Assembly: GCA_035529635.1 (NCBI GenBank)
Contig: DATKWJ010000005.1
Span: 1,424-65,423 of the forward strand
Length of the DNA: 64,000 bases
Source of the DNA: Patescibacteria group bacterium
Lineage (GTDB): Bacteria; Patescibacteriota; Minisyncoccia; Minisyncoccales; RBG-13-42-11
Direction of reading: 5' to 3'
Shown one piece after another: positions 9,220-17,601 of this stretch. Position 1 is the first letter of the stretch. Every line of letters starts with the position of its first letter. The notes under the pieces are model-generated. The model was not told where the DNA came from, ran no database searches, and saw only the letters and a program-made list of their open reading frames with translations. The translations under genes and the position numbers were made by a program.

Positions 9220-9855
9220 ATGGGGGAAAATTTACTGGTGATTTTCGATTTTGACGGGACGATCGCCGATACCGCAAAATCTCTTAAAATATTGGTCAAC
9301 AAACTGTCCGATGATTTTGATTTTCGGAAGATAAAAGAAGCGGATTGGCAGGAATTGAGAAACAAGGAAAGCAAGGAAATATTCAGAAATTTGGGGATTT
9401 CCCTGACAAAACTTCCTTATATGTTAAGGAAGATCCGCCGCGATCTGCAGAAAGAACTGGAAAAAATAAAGCCGGTTAAAGGAATAAAAGAAGCTTTGCT
9501 TGAAATTAAAGATAACAAATGCAAGTTGGGCATACTCACTTCCAATTCTTCGGCCGCGGTGGCGAAATTCCTGAAAATCAACCAGCTTGATTTTTTCGAT
9601 TTCATCCGTTCGGAAAGCGATATTTTCAATAAGGCGAAAAAACTGAACAATCTGCTGAAAAAAGAAAAGTTCGACCGGCAAAACGTTTTCTACGTGGGCG
9701 ACGAAACAAGGGATATTAAAGCGGCCCGAAAAGCGAAGGTCAAAGCCGTGGCAGTAAGCTGGGGGTTTAACGGCCGGGAAATACTGAAAAAGCAGAATCC
9801 GGATTATTTGGTCAACAAGCCGGAAGAATTAATTGCTCTTTTGAACGATTTTTAG
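9220..9855 (+). CDS. HAD-superfamily hydrolase (subfamily IA, phosphoglycolate phosphatase-like)
   Basis: Motif I FDFDGTIADT, motif III K, motif IV YVGDETRDIKAARKA. Confidence 0.8.
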   Translation: MGENLLVIFDFDGTIADTAKSLKILVNKLSDDFDFRKIKEADWQELRNKESKEIFRNLGISLTKLPYMLRKIRRDLQKELEKIKPVKGIKEALLEIKDNKCKLGILTSNSSAAVAKFLKINQLDFFDFIRSESDIFNKAKKLNNLLKKEKFDRQNVFYVGDETRDIKAARKAKVKAVAVSWGFNGREILKKQNPDYLVNKPEELIALLNDF

Positions 9856-9869
9856 TACCATTAAATCAT

Positions 9870-10751
9870 ATGTTTAAGGGAAAAATCGGCATAATTACCG
9901 ACGAGGCGGCTGATCTGCCGGAAGAAATAATCGAGAAGCACCGGATAGCCGTGGTGCCGGTAAAATTATTCTGGCCGGAGATAGAAAATTTGCCGGGAGA
10001 AAACATTTTTCAAAAAATGAGGGAAATGGAAAAAAAAGGCATCAGCAGTTTCGGCAAAACTTCCCAGCCCTCGATGAAAGATTTTTTGGACAAATACGAT
10101 TCGCAGCTTGAGATATTTGAAAAGGTTTTGTGCTTCACCCTTACTTCGAAACTTTCCGGCACTTACAATTCAGCCGTTCAGGCCAAAAGGTTTTTGGCGG
10201 GGGACAGGCAAAACAGGGTTTTCGTCATTGATTCTTTAAGCGCCAGCGCCGGACAAGCCCTTTTGATTTTAAAGGCCATTGAATTGATTGAAAAAGGCAA
10301 AGAAGCGGAAGAAATTTTCAAAGAACTTTCGGAATCGGTTCCCAAAATTCATCTTCATATAATATTCGAGAATGCCAAATGGGTGGAGGCTTCGGGCAGA
10401 ATATCTCATTTAGTCGCCAATCTGATGAAAGGCATGGCCAAAATGGGCGTTCGTCCGGTTTTAACGTTTAAAGACGGTATTTTAGCGCCAGCCGGGTTGA
10501 AAACAGGAGCCAAAGACATAGCTGACGGGATTTTCAAACAGTTTGAATCAGACATGAAAAAATTAAGCATGCCGGATGAAGAAATTAAAGTAGTAATCAC
10601 CCATGGCGATGATATGGCCGGAGCCGAAAGATTAAAAGCAATTATTGAAAAGGATTATAAAAACGTTAAAATAGCTTTCATAAACATTTTAAATAACGTC
10701 GTAGGTTCTTTGACCGGGCCGAATACTTTGGTTTTAGCTTGGCTTGATTAG
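9870..10751 (+). CDS. DegV family fatty-acid-binding protein
   Basis: N-terminal IGIITDEAADLPEE matches the DegV/EDD fold. 293 aa. Confidence 0.75.
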   Translation: MFKGKIGIITDEAADLPEEIIEKHRIAVVPVKLFWPEIENLPGENIFQKMREMEKKGISSFGKTSQPSMKDFLDKYDSQLEIFEKVLCFTLTSKLSGTYNSAVQAKRFLAGDRQNRVFVIDSLSASAGQALLILKAIELIEKGKEAEEIFKELSESVPKIHLHIIFENAKWVEASGRISHLVANLMKGMAKMGVRPVLTFKDGILAPAGLKTGAKDIADGIFKQFESDMKKLSMPDEEIKVVITHGDDMAGAERLKAIIEKDYKNVKIAFINILNNVVGSLTGPNTLVLAWLD

Positions 10752-11499
10752 ATTTTTTATGTTTGACTATATTATTTTAGGAATCATTCAGGGAATCTTC
10801 GAATGGCTGCCGATTTCCAGCGAGGGAGTGGTGGCCATAGCCGGCCGGTTTTTAATTAAAGGAATTGATTCCCTGGAAACAGCTTTGTTTTTGCATTTGG
10901 GGACCGTCTTGGCGGTCTTGCTTTATTTCAGAAAAGATTGGCTGGAGATTTTAACGTTGAAAAACAAGGTTCTTTTCCGTTTCCTGGTTATTTCCACCAT
11001 TATCTCGGGAATTATCGGTCTCATCCTTTATAACAGTTTGATCAAGAATATGGCGGTGGGGGGCGGTTTGCTGCTGATAACCGGTTTCGGTTTGCTCTTT
11101 ACGGCTTATTTTCATAAGGCGAAAAGAACGGCTGACATCGGTTTCAATAAACTGCCGGTCATAACGGGTATCCTGCAGGGCTTGGCGGTGATTCCGGGTT
11201 TTTCGCGGTCCGGCGCCACGATTTTCGGCTTGAGTCTGGGAAAACTCAGTCCTGCCGAAATACTGAAAATTTCCTATCTAATGTCGGCGCCGGTTGTCTT
11301 AATGATGTCTCTTTATCTTTTTTGGCAAAATCCCGTTTTAATTCTTGAAACTTGGCCAGCTTTGATTTTCAGTTTTTTAGCGGGTTTCCTAACTTTGGAT
11401 TTTTTGCTTCGAGTAGCCGGCCGGATAGATTTTTTCAGATTCATTCTGCTTTTTGCCCTTTTCTGTTTTCTGGGAGCCGGTTTGGAATTTTTAATTTAA
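10744..11499 (+). CDS. uppP: Undecaprenyl-diphosphatase (UppP/BacA)
   Basis: EWLPISSEG (compare EFLPVSSTGH) and GFSRSGATI motifs. 8 TM helices. The start may be the downstream ATG at 10759. Confidence 0.75.
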   Translation: MIRFFMFDYIILGIIQGIFEWLPISSEGVVAIAGRFLIKGIDSLETALFLHLGTVLAVLLYFRKDWLEILTLKNKVLFRFLVISTIISGIIGLILYNSLIKNMAVGGGLLLITGFGLLFTAYFHKAKRTADIGFNKLPVITGILQGLAVIPGFSRSGATIFGLSLGKLSPAEILKISYLMSAPVVLMMSLYLFWQNPVLILETWPALIFSFLAGFLTLDFLLRVAGRIDFFRFILLFALFCFLGAGLEFLI

Positions 11500-11534
11500 A
11501 AGGTCGATAATAAATTTAACGTTGCGAATAAAAT

Positions 11535-11816
11535 ATGTTGTCACAATTACCCATTAATCTCGGAAAAGTTAAAAAAGAGGATTTGGACAAGGAGATATTA
11601 AGATTGGGCATGATCGCCGAACTCGATGCGGTTTCCCTTTACGAACAGCTGGCCGCCATGACGGAAAATGAAAACATTAAGAAAGTGCTCTCGGACATTG
11701 CCAAAGAGGAAAAAACCCATATCGGGGAGTTCGAAACCCTGCTTTTTAAGGAAGATGAGGAACAGGTGAAGGAGTCGGCAGAAGGAAAAAAAGAAGTCGA
11801 AGAGTTAACGGAATAA
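11535..11816 (+). CDS. Ferritin-like/rubrerythrin-type half-domain protein
   Basis: 93 aa with a single E-x-x-H diiron half-site (EEKTHIGEF). Acidic C-terminus. Confidence 0.45.
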   Translation: MLSQLPINLGKVKKEDLDKEILRLGMIAELDAVSLYEQLAAMTENENIKKVLSDIAKEEKTHIGEFETLLFKEDEEQVKESAEGKKEVEELTE

Positions 11817-11818
11817 TT

Positions 11819-11995
11819 ATGCTTAAAGTAAACAAAGAAAAATGCATCGGCTGCGGACTTTGCGTGACCCAGTGCGACGGCGGAACCGAACTTAAAGAAG
11901 ACGGCAAAGCCACAGTCATTGATTCTCAAAAATTGGAAGAGTGCGGAGGAAAAAAAATTTGCCCTTACGGAGCGATTGAAAAAATGGAAGATTAA
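11819..11995 (+). CDS. Small 4Fe-4S ferredoxin-like protein (58 aa), not in the ORF track
   Basis: ATG at 11819 and TAA at 11993-11995. CIGCGLCVTQC (C-x2-C-x2-C-x3-C) plus a distal CPYG. Coupled 2 nt after the upstream stop. Confidence 0.55.
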   Translation: MLKVNKEKCIGCGLCVTQCDGGTELKEDGKATVIDSQKLEECGGKKICPYGAIEKMED

Positions 11996-12092
11996 TTTGT
12001 ATTCTCTAATGCAACCTCCAGAATTTTTCGCATTGAAAATGTCTGGAGGTTGTTGTTTGGGATGCGGAAAATCTTGTTTTTTACAGGTAGAA

Positions 12093-12121
12093 TTGACCAT
12101 CTTTCCGGTTTAGGATAAAAT
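12093..12121 (+). promoter_or_regulatory. Sigma70-like promoter TTGACC-N17-TAAAAT upstream of nrdD
   Basis: -35 at 12093-12098 and -10 at 12116-12121. Confidence 0.4.
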
Positions 12122-12159
12122 GTAATAATCAATATTTAATCAGATTTTTTTTATTCAAA

Positions 12160-14283
12160 ATGCCGCAAAAAACAATCATCAAAGTTAAAAAAAGAGACGG
12201 TACGGTCGTTGATTTCAACCAGTCAAAGATTACCAAGGCGATTTTTAAGGCCATTACCGTGACGGGCCGGGGAAACGGCAATCAGTCCCAAAAACTTTCC
12301 GATAAAGTGGTTCAAATCTTAGGCAGAAGATTCAAGAAAGACGAAATTCCCAATGTTGAACAGATTCAGGATATCGTCGAAGAAATTTTAATCTCGGAAG
12401 GATTAGCGGAAACAGCCAAATCTTATATTCTTTACCGGGAACAGAGGAGAAAAATCAGGGAAGCCGTGACGATTTCCGAAGAAGCAGTGGAAAGAATGGA
12501 CCAGTATCTGGAAAAACTCGACTGGGAAGTGCAGGAAAACGCCAACATGGCTTTTTCTTTGCAGGGATTAAATCACTATTCGGTTTCCTACATCGTCAAA
12601 AAATATTGGCTAAACAAAATTTATCCGGAAGAAATCAGACAGGCCAACGAATCAGGAGATTTCCATTTGCATAATCTGGATACCCTCGGCCCGTACTGCG
12701 CCGGCTGGGATTTGTACGACCTTTTGGTAAAAGGTTTTTGCGGGGTGCCGGGAAAAGTTGAAACGAAACCGGCCAAACACTTCAGGGCGGCTCTCGGCCA
12801 GCTGGTGAATTTCCTTTACACTCTTCAGGGCGAAGTGGCTGGCGCCGTGGCCGTTTCGAATTTCGATACCTTATTGGCCCCTTTCATCCGTTACGATAAT
12901 CTGAATTATCAGCAGGTCAAGCAGGCGTTCCAGGAATTTTTATTCAATATGGCGGTTCCTACCAGAGTCGGCTTTCAGTGTCCTTTTTCCAACGTTACTC
13001 TGGATTTGAAGCCTTCTCCGGTTTTCGCCAAACAGCCGGTCATCATCGGCGGCAAGTTCCAAAAAGAGACCTACGGCGAATTCGGGGAAGAAGTAAAAAT
13101 CTTCGACAAAGCTTTTTACGAAACGATATTGGAAGGAGACAAGTCCGGCCGGCCTTTTCATTTTCCCATTCCGACCATTAATATTACCAAGGATTTTCCC
13201 TGGGATGATCCCGCTTATAATGGCATCTTTGAGGCCTCGGCTAAATACGGAACAAATTATTTCGCCAACTACATAAATTCCGATATGAAGCCGGAAGACG
13301 TAAAATCAATGTGTTGCCGGCTCCGCCTTGACTTGACGGAACTTTACAATCGGGGCGGCGGGGGATTGTTCGGTTCGGGAAGCAAGACGGGCAGCATCGG
13401 CGTGGTGACGGTTAATCTGCCTAGAATCGGCTATCTTTCAAAAACAAAGAAGGAATTATTCGAAAGATTGGGAAGGGCGATGGATTTGGCCAAAGAAAGC
13501 TTGGAAATCAAAAGAAAAACAATAGAAAATTTCATTGAAAAAGGGCTGTATCCCTATTCCAGATTTTATTTGTCGGACGTTAAAAAAGCCAGAGGCGATT
13601 ATTATGCCAATCATTTTGCCACTATCGGTTTGGTCGGCATGAACGAAATGGCTTTGAATTTCATCGGCGGAAACATCGCCTCTAAAAAAGGAAGGAAATT
13701 CGCTTTGGAAGTTTTGGATTTTATGAGGGAAAAATTGGTTGAATATCAGGCCGAAACAGGCAATATTTACAATCTGGAGGCCACGCCGGCCGAATCAACG
13801 GCTTACCGGCTGGCTCTCAAAGACAAAGAGCAATATCCGGATATTGCCGCGGCCGGGACGAAAAAAGTTCCCTTTTACACCAATTCCAGCCATTTGCCGG
13901 TCAATTATACCACCGACGCTTTTGAAGCTTTGAAGCTCCAGGATGAATTGCAGTGCCGTTACAACGGCGGCACCGTCCTTCATCTTTTTCTGGGAGAACG
14001 GATTGATAACGTGCAAACGGTCAAAAATCTGGTTAAAAAAGTTTTTGAAAATTTTCATCTGCCTTATATTACTTTGACTCCAACTTTTTCCATTTGTCCG
14101 AGCCATGGCTATCTGGCAGGAGAGCATTTCTTTTGTCCGCAATGCACCATCAAACAGCCCTGCGAGGTTTATTCGAGGATAGTCGGTTATCTCCGGCCCG
14201 TGCGGCAGTGGAACGAAGGGAAACAGGAAGAATTTAAACAAAGGAAAGAATATAAATTGCCGAAATTCAAAGCGAAGGTGTAA
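12160..14283 (+). CDS. nrdD: Anaerobic ribonucleoside-triphosphate reductase (class III, NrdD)
   Basis: N-terminal ATP-cone (VKKRDGTVVDFNQSKITKAI). C-terminal glycyl-radical motif RIVGY and a Cys zinc ribbon (CPSHG...CPQC). Confidence 0.9.
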   Translation: MPQKTIIKVKKRDGTVVDFNQSKITKAIFKAITVTGRGNGNQSQKLSDKVVQILGRRFKKDEIPNVEQIQDIVEEILISEGLAETAKSYILYREQRRKIREAVTISEEAVERMDQYLEKLDWEVQENANMAFSLQGLNHYSVSYIVKKYWLNKIYPEEIRQANESGDFHLHNLDTLGPYCAGWDLYDLLVKGFCGVPGKVETKPAKHFRAALGQLVNFLYTLQGEVAGAVAVSNFDTLLAPFIRYDNLNYQQVKQAFQEFLFNMAVPTRVGFQCPFSNVTLDLKPSPVFAKQPVIIGGKFQKETYGEFGEEVKIFDKAFYETILEGDKSGRPFHFPIPTINITKDFPWDDPAYNGIFEASAKYGTNYFANYINSDMKPEDVKSMCCRLRLDLTELYNRGGGGLFGSGSKTGSIGVVTVNLPRIGYLSKTKKELFERLGRAMDLAKESLEIKRKTIENFIEKGLYPYSRFYLSDVKKARGDYYANHFATIGLVGMNEMALNFIGGNIASKKGRKFALEVLDFMREKLVEYQAETGNIYNLEATPAESTAYRLALKDKEQYPDIAAAGTKKVPFYTNSSHLPVNYTTDAFEALKLQDELQCRYNGGTVLHLFLGERIDNVQTVKNLVKKVFENFHLPYITLTPTFSICPSHGYLAGEHFFCPQCTIKQPCEVYSRIVGYLRPVRQWNEGKQEEFKQRKEYKLPKFKAKV

Positions 14284-14298
14284 ACGCCAAGGCGTAAG

Positions 14299-14994
14299 AT
14301 GCAAATCGGCGGGCTTCAAAAAATAACTCTTATCGATTATCCCGGTAAAGTCGCTACCACGGTTTTTTTGACCGGTTGCAATTTTCGCTGTCCTTTTTGC
14401 TATTCTTCGGAATTGGTTTTGCCGGAAAAAATCAAGCGGCAGCCGATAATTTCCAGCCGGGATTTTTTCAAATTTTTGGAAAAAAGGAAAGGGCTGTTGG
14501 AAGGAGTCGTTATTTGCGGAGGAGAGCCGACTCTTAACGAGGATTTGCCTCAATTTTGCCGAAAGATAAAAAAACTCGGCTACTCGGTCAAGATCGACAC
14601 CAATGGTTCAAACCCGGAAATGCTGAAAAAACTGATTGAAAGCGGCTTGGCGGATTATATTGCCATGGATATTAAAGCCCCCAAAGAGGAGTACGATGAA
14701 TCCGCCGGAGTTAAAGTCGATGTGGAAAAAATCCAAAAAAGCATAGATATTTTAAAGGAAGGCAAGGTGGATTATGAATTCAGAAGCACTATCGTGCCCG
14801 GGCTCCATACTAAGGAAGACGTTATCAGTATGGCAGAATGGCTTAAAGGCGCTAAAAAGTACTTACTTCAAGATTTCCGGCCGGAAAAAACCTTAAATCC
14901 CGAATTTGAAAAAATAAAGTCCCTGCCTAAAGAGTTTCTTTTGGAAATAAAAGAAAAAATAGCCGGATATTTCGAAATTTGCGAAGTAAGATAG
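14299..14994 (+). CDS. nrdG: Anaerobic RNR activating protein (radical SAM, NrdG)
   Basis: CNFRCPFC (CxxxCxxC) radical-SAM motif. Adjacent to nrdD. Confidence 0.85.
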   Translation: MQIGGLQKITLIDYPGKVATTVFLTGCNFRCPFCYSSELVLPEKIKRQPIISSRDFFKFLEKRKGLLEGVVICGGEPTLNEDLPQFCRKIKKLGYSVKIDTNGSNPEMLKKLIESGLADYIAMDIKAPKEEYDESAGVKVDVEKIQKSIDILKEGKVDYEFRSTIVPGLHTKEDVISMAEWLKGAKKYLLQDFRPEKTLNPEFEKIKSLPKEFLLEIKEKIAGYFEICEVR

Positions 14995-15107
14995 GTTTTA
15001 CTGCATTCAGTTCGCCTATTGACTAAAATTTGTGCTTAAATTAAGCTAAATTAAACTGTGGATAAAGGTCGGTTGTGAAAATTTAATTTCCAAATCTTTA
15101 AATTATT

Positions 15108-15263
15108 ATGGAAGGATACTGCGTTAAATGTAAAAAGAAACAGGAAATAAAGGACGAAAAAGAAGTGGCCATGAAAGGAAAAGGCGGGGTAAAGAGAAGG
15201 GCCATGACCGGAACTTGCCCTAAATGCGGAACCAAGATGTTCAGGATTATGGGTAAGGCCTAA
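15108..15263 (+). CDS. Small C4 zinc-ribbon protein (51 aa), not in the ORF track
   Basis: CVKC...CPKC pairs. Own terminator immediately downstream. Confidence 0.45.
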   Translation: MEGYCVKCKKKQEIKDEKEVAMKGKGGVKRRAMTGTCPKCGTKMFRIMGKA

Positions 15264-15283
15264 AGCTTTCCGTAAACCTTTAA

Positions 15284-15319
15284 CTTCCCCTGCTAATTAT
15301 TTGGCAGGGGAGTTTTTTT
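15284..15319 (+). terminator. Rho-independent terminator
   Basis: cccctgc-taattatttg-gcagggg followed by T7. Confidence 0.65.
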
Positions 15320-15334
15320 AGGTAAAATAAACGA

Positions 15335-16204
15335 ATGCTTGAATTCAAGAAGAAAATAGTTTTTTACGTTTTGGCCTTCTTGTTTTTTTCCAATATTCTG
15401 GCTTGGCTGGCTGTTTATGATTTAAGCCAAGCCGCTTCTTTGGCAGTGGTTTTTTTCGATGTCGGCCAGGGAGACAGTATTTTCATTGAAACGCCGGAAG
15501 GCAATAGGATTTTGATCGACGGCGGGCCGGATTCAAAAGTTTTGGAAAAACTGGCTGAGAATTCTCCTTTCTGGGATAAAACGATTGATTTGATGATACT
15601 GACTCATCCGGACAGCGACCATTTGGCCGGACTGCTGGAAGTTTTGGAAAGTTATAAAGTTGAGAATATTCTTTGGACCGGGGTTATGGCGGAAACGGCT
15701 GATTTCAGGAAATGGGAGAATCTGATTGAACAGGAAAACGCCGGAACTTATCTGGCTCGAGCCGGGCAGAAGATAATCATCGGCCAGGAAGCGATTTTAA
15801 AGGTTTTATATCCTTTTGAAGATTTGGCCGGCCGTTCCGTCAAAAATATCAACGATACTTCAATCGTCTTAAGATTGGATTTTTCGGAAATTTCTTTTTT
15901 GTTTGTCGGCGATGCCGGCAAATCAGCGGAGAAAGAATTGATAGGACGGGAAATCGATATGAATGCCGATGTCTTGAAAGTCGGCCATCACGGCAGCAAG
16001 ACAGTAACCTCGGAAGAATTCGTCAGGGGAGTTTCGCCGGACACAGCCGTGATTTCCGTCGGGGAAAGCAATAAATATAACCATCCTCACCCGGAGACTT
16101 TGGAGCTTTTGCAAAAATATGGTATAAGTATTTTCAGGACGGATTTAAACGGCGATATTAAAATTTTTTCTAACGGTAAAAATTATGCAATTTCCGATTT
16201 TTAA
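15335..16204 (+). CDS. Membrane-anchored MBL-fold metallo-hydrolase, ComEC C-terminal lactamase-domain type
   Basis: FFDVGQGDS, HPDSDHLAGL and GHHGSK motifs typical of the ComEC/Rec2 beta-lactamase domain. N-terminal TM helix. Confidence 0.75.
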   Translation: MLEFKKKIVFYVLAFLFFSNILAWLAVYDLSQAASLAVVFFDVGQGDSIFIETPEGNRILIDGGPDSKVLEKLAENSPFWDKTIDLMILTHPDSDHLAGLLEVLESYKVENILWTGVMAETADFRKWENLIEQENAGTYLARAGQKIIIGQEAILKVLYPFEDLAGRSVKNINDTSIVLRLDFSEISFLFVGDAGKSAEKELIGREIDMNADVLKVGHHGSKTVTSEEFVRGVSPDTAVISVGESNKYNHPHPETLELLQKYGISIFRTDLNGDIKIFSNGKNYAISDF

Positions 16205-17255
16205 AACAAAAATTCCGAAAATAAAGAAAACTTTCAATTTGAACGATCCCAAGGAAAGGGAAAAGTATTTCAATTTGAAAGCCGGCCGGGAAATAAAGAA
16301 ATTAAGAAGCTATTTCAGGAAGGGCAATACTTTCGTGGCTTATTTGCTGGGTAAAAAGAATTCTGGCAAAGGGACTTACGCCAAAATGTTTTCCGAAATC
16401 GTCGACCCGCAAAGAATCGATCATTTTTCCATCGGCGACATGATTCGGAGCGTTGACAAAGAGCTAAAAGATAAAAAAAGAAAAAAAGAACTCGTTGAAT
16501 TTTTGAAAAAAAATTACCGGGGCTGGTTTTCGATTGAAAAATTAATCTCCCTTTTAGAAACAAGAAGCACCGCCACTCCGCTTTTGCCGACGGAATTGAT
16601 TCTGGCTTTGGTTAAAAGGGAAATAGCCAAAAGAAAAAAGAAAACCGTTTTTGTCGACGGTTTTCCCAGGGATCTGGACCAGATAAATTTCGCTTTGTTT
16701 TTCAGGGACTTGATCGGTTACCGGGACGACGCCGATTTTTTCGTTTTGATTGACGTGCCGGAAAAGGTGATTGACGAAAGAATAAAATCCCGGGTGATTT
16801 GTCCTCTCTGTCAGACTTCCAGAAATTTGAAATTGCTGCCCACTTCGAAAATAGGTTATGACGGAAAAAGAAAAGAATTTTATCTGCTTTGCGACAATCC
16901 TCAATGTAGAGAAATTAGAATGGTCCGCAAGGAAGGGGATGAAGCAGGCATCAAGCCGATTAAGAAACGGCTGGAGAAAGACGGAAAATTGATAAATCAG
17001 GCCCTTTCCCTTTTCGGAATTCCCAAAGTTCTTCTGAGAAATTCCTTGCCTAAAAAGTTGGCTTTAAGTCTTGTCGACGATTACGAGATTACGCCGGAAT
17101 ACTATTACGAATGGAACGAGAAAGAAAAGAAAGCGATTGTCAAAGAAAAGTTTTGGTCTTTTCCGGACGACGAAGGAGAGTCTTCTTACAGTCTCTTGCC
17201 GCCGCCGGTAGTCGTTTCCCTGATAAAGCAGATTGCTGATATTTTGAATCTTTAA
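16185..17255 (+). CDS. Adenylate-kinase-family nucleotide kinase paralog with N- and C-terminal extensions and zinc LID
   Basis: GKKNSGKGTYAKMF...IGDMIRS (P-loop/NMP-binding), VDGFPRDLDQ, LID CPLCQ...CDNPQC. 356 aa versus about 215 for Adk. Overlaps the upstream gene by 20 nt. Confidence 0.65.
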   Translation: MQFPIFKTKIPKIKKTFNLNDPKEREKYFNLKAGREIKKLRSYFRKGNTFVAYLLGKKNSGKGTYAKMFSEIVDPQRIDHFSIGDMIRSVDKELKDKKRKKELVEFLKKNYRGWFSIEKLISLLETRSTATPLLPTELILALVKREIAKRKKKTVFVDGFPRDLDQINFALFFRDLIGYRDDADFFVLIDVPEKVIDERIKSRVICPLCQTSRNLKLLPTSKIGYDGKRKEFYLLCDNPQCREIRMVRKEGDEAGIKPIKKRLEKDGKLINQALSLFGIPKVLLRNSLPKKLALSLVDDYEITPEYYYEWNEKEKKAIVKEKFWSFPDDEGESSYSLLPPPVVVSLIKQIADILNL

Positions 17256-17264
17256 GCGATTCCT

Positions 17265-17294
17265 TGACACCTTTTTTTCGTCGGATATATAATA
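17265..17294 (+). promoter_or_regulatory. Sigma70-like promoter TTGACA-N18-TATAAT
   Basis: -35 at 17265-17270 and -10 at 17289-17294. Drives the leader/sRNA region. Confidence 0.45.
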
Positions 17295-17295
17295 A

Positions 17296-17434
17296 AGACG
17301 GCTCCGTTCTTTTAGTTAGTTCTGGTACAAAAGTTCTTATGGGGAATTTAAAATGATTCCGCTGCTGTGGCAGAGGACTGAAATTCCCACTTATAATTTT
17401 TTTCCAAGACACTTCCTAAAAAACGGAGCTGCCA
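17296..17434 (+). ncRNA. Candidate structured leader RNA / sRNA between the promoter and the terminator
   Basis: Closing long-range helix ggctccgtt(17300-17308)/aacggagct(17420-17428). Internal 8-bp stem gggaattt/aaattccc. No credible ORF. Confidence 0.3.
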
Positions 17435-17462
17435 AAAAACCGCCCTTGAGGCGGATTTTTGT
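17435..17462 (+). terminator. Rho-independent terminator
   Basis: aaaaaaccgccc-ttga-gggcggatttttg. Identical 27-mer at 24077. Confidence 0.65.
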
Positions 17463-17601
17463 CTAAATTAGTCACATTTATGAATCGGGCGGGATTCAAT
17501 CCGCGAAATCATCGGGATTTCGCTTAAAAGTCGTTCTAATTTTATCACAAACACCGCCGTTTTATATTTTCAAATCATTGAAATTTTGTTATTATTAACT
17601 A

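Noticed and set aside
8858-9241. 127-aa alternative-frame ORF overlapping the RRM protein gene
   Set aside because: The RRM frame carries canonical RNP-1/RNP-2 motifs, and the alternative frame has none.
13795-14553. 252-aa minus-strand ORF (and other antisense ORFs such as 12940..13161, 54130..54879, 36878..37483, 37350..38111, 30796..31392)
   Set aside because: They lie antisense within strongly conserved genes (nrdD/nrdG, mreB, ribosomal proteins), have low-complexity translations and no motifs. They are treated as spurious.
17353-17463. 36-codon ORF inside the leader region
   Set aside because: It reads through the terminator hairpin and has no SD, so an RNA function for the region is more plausible.
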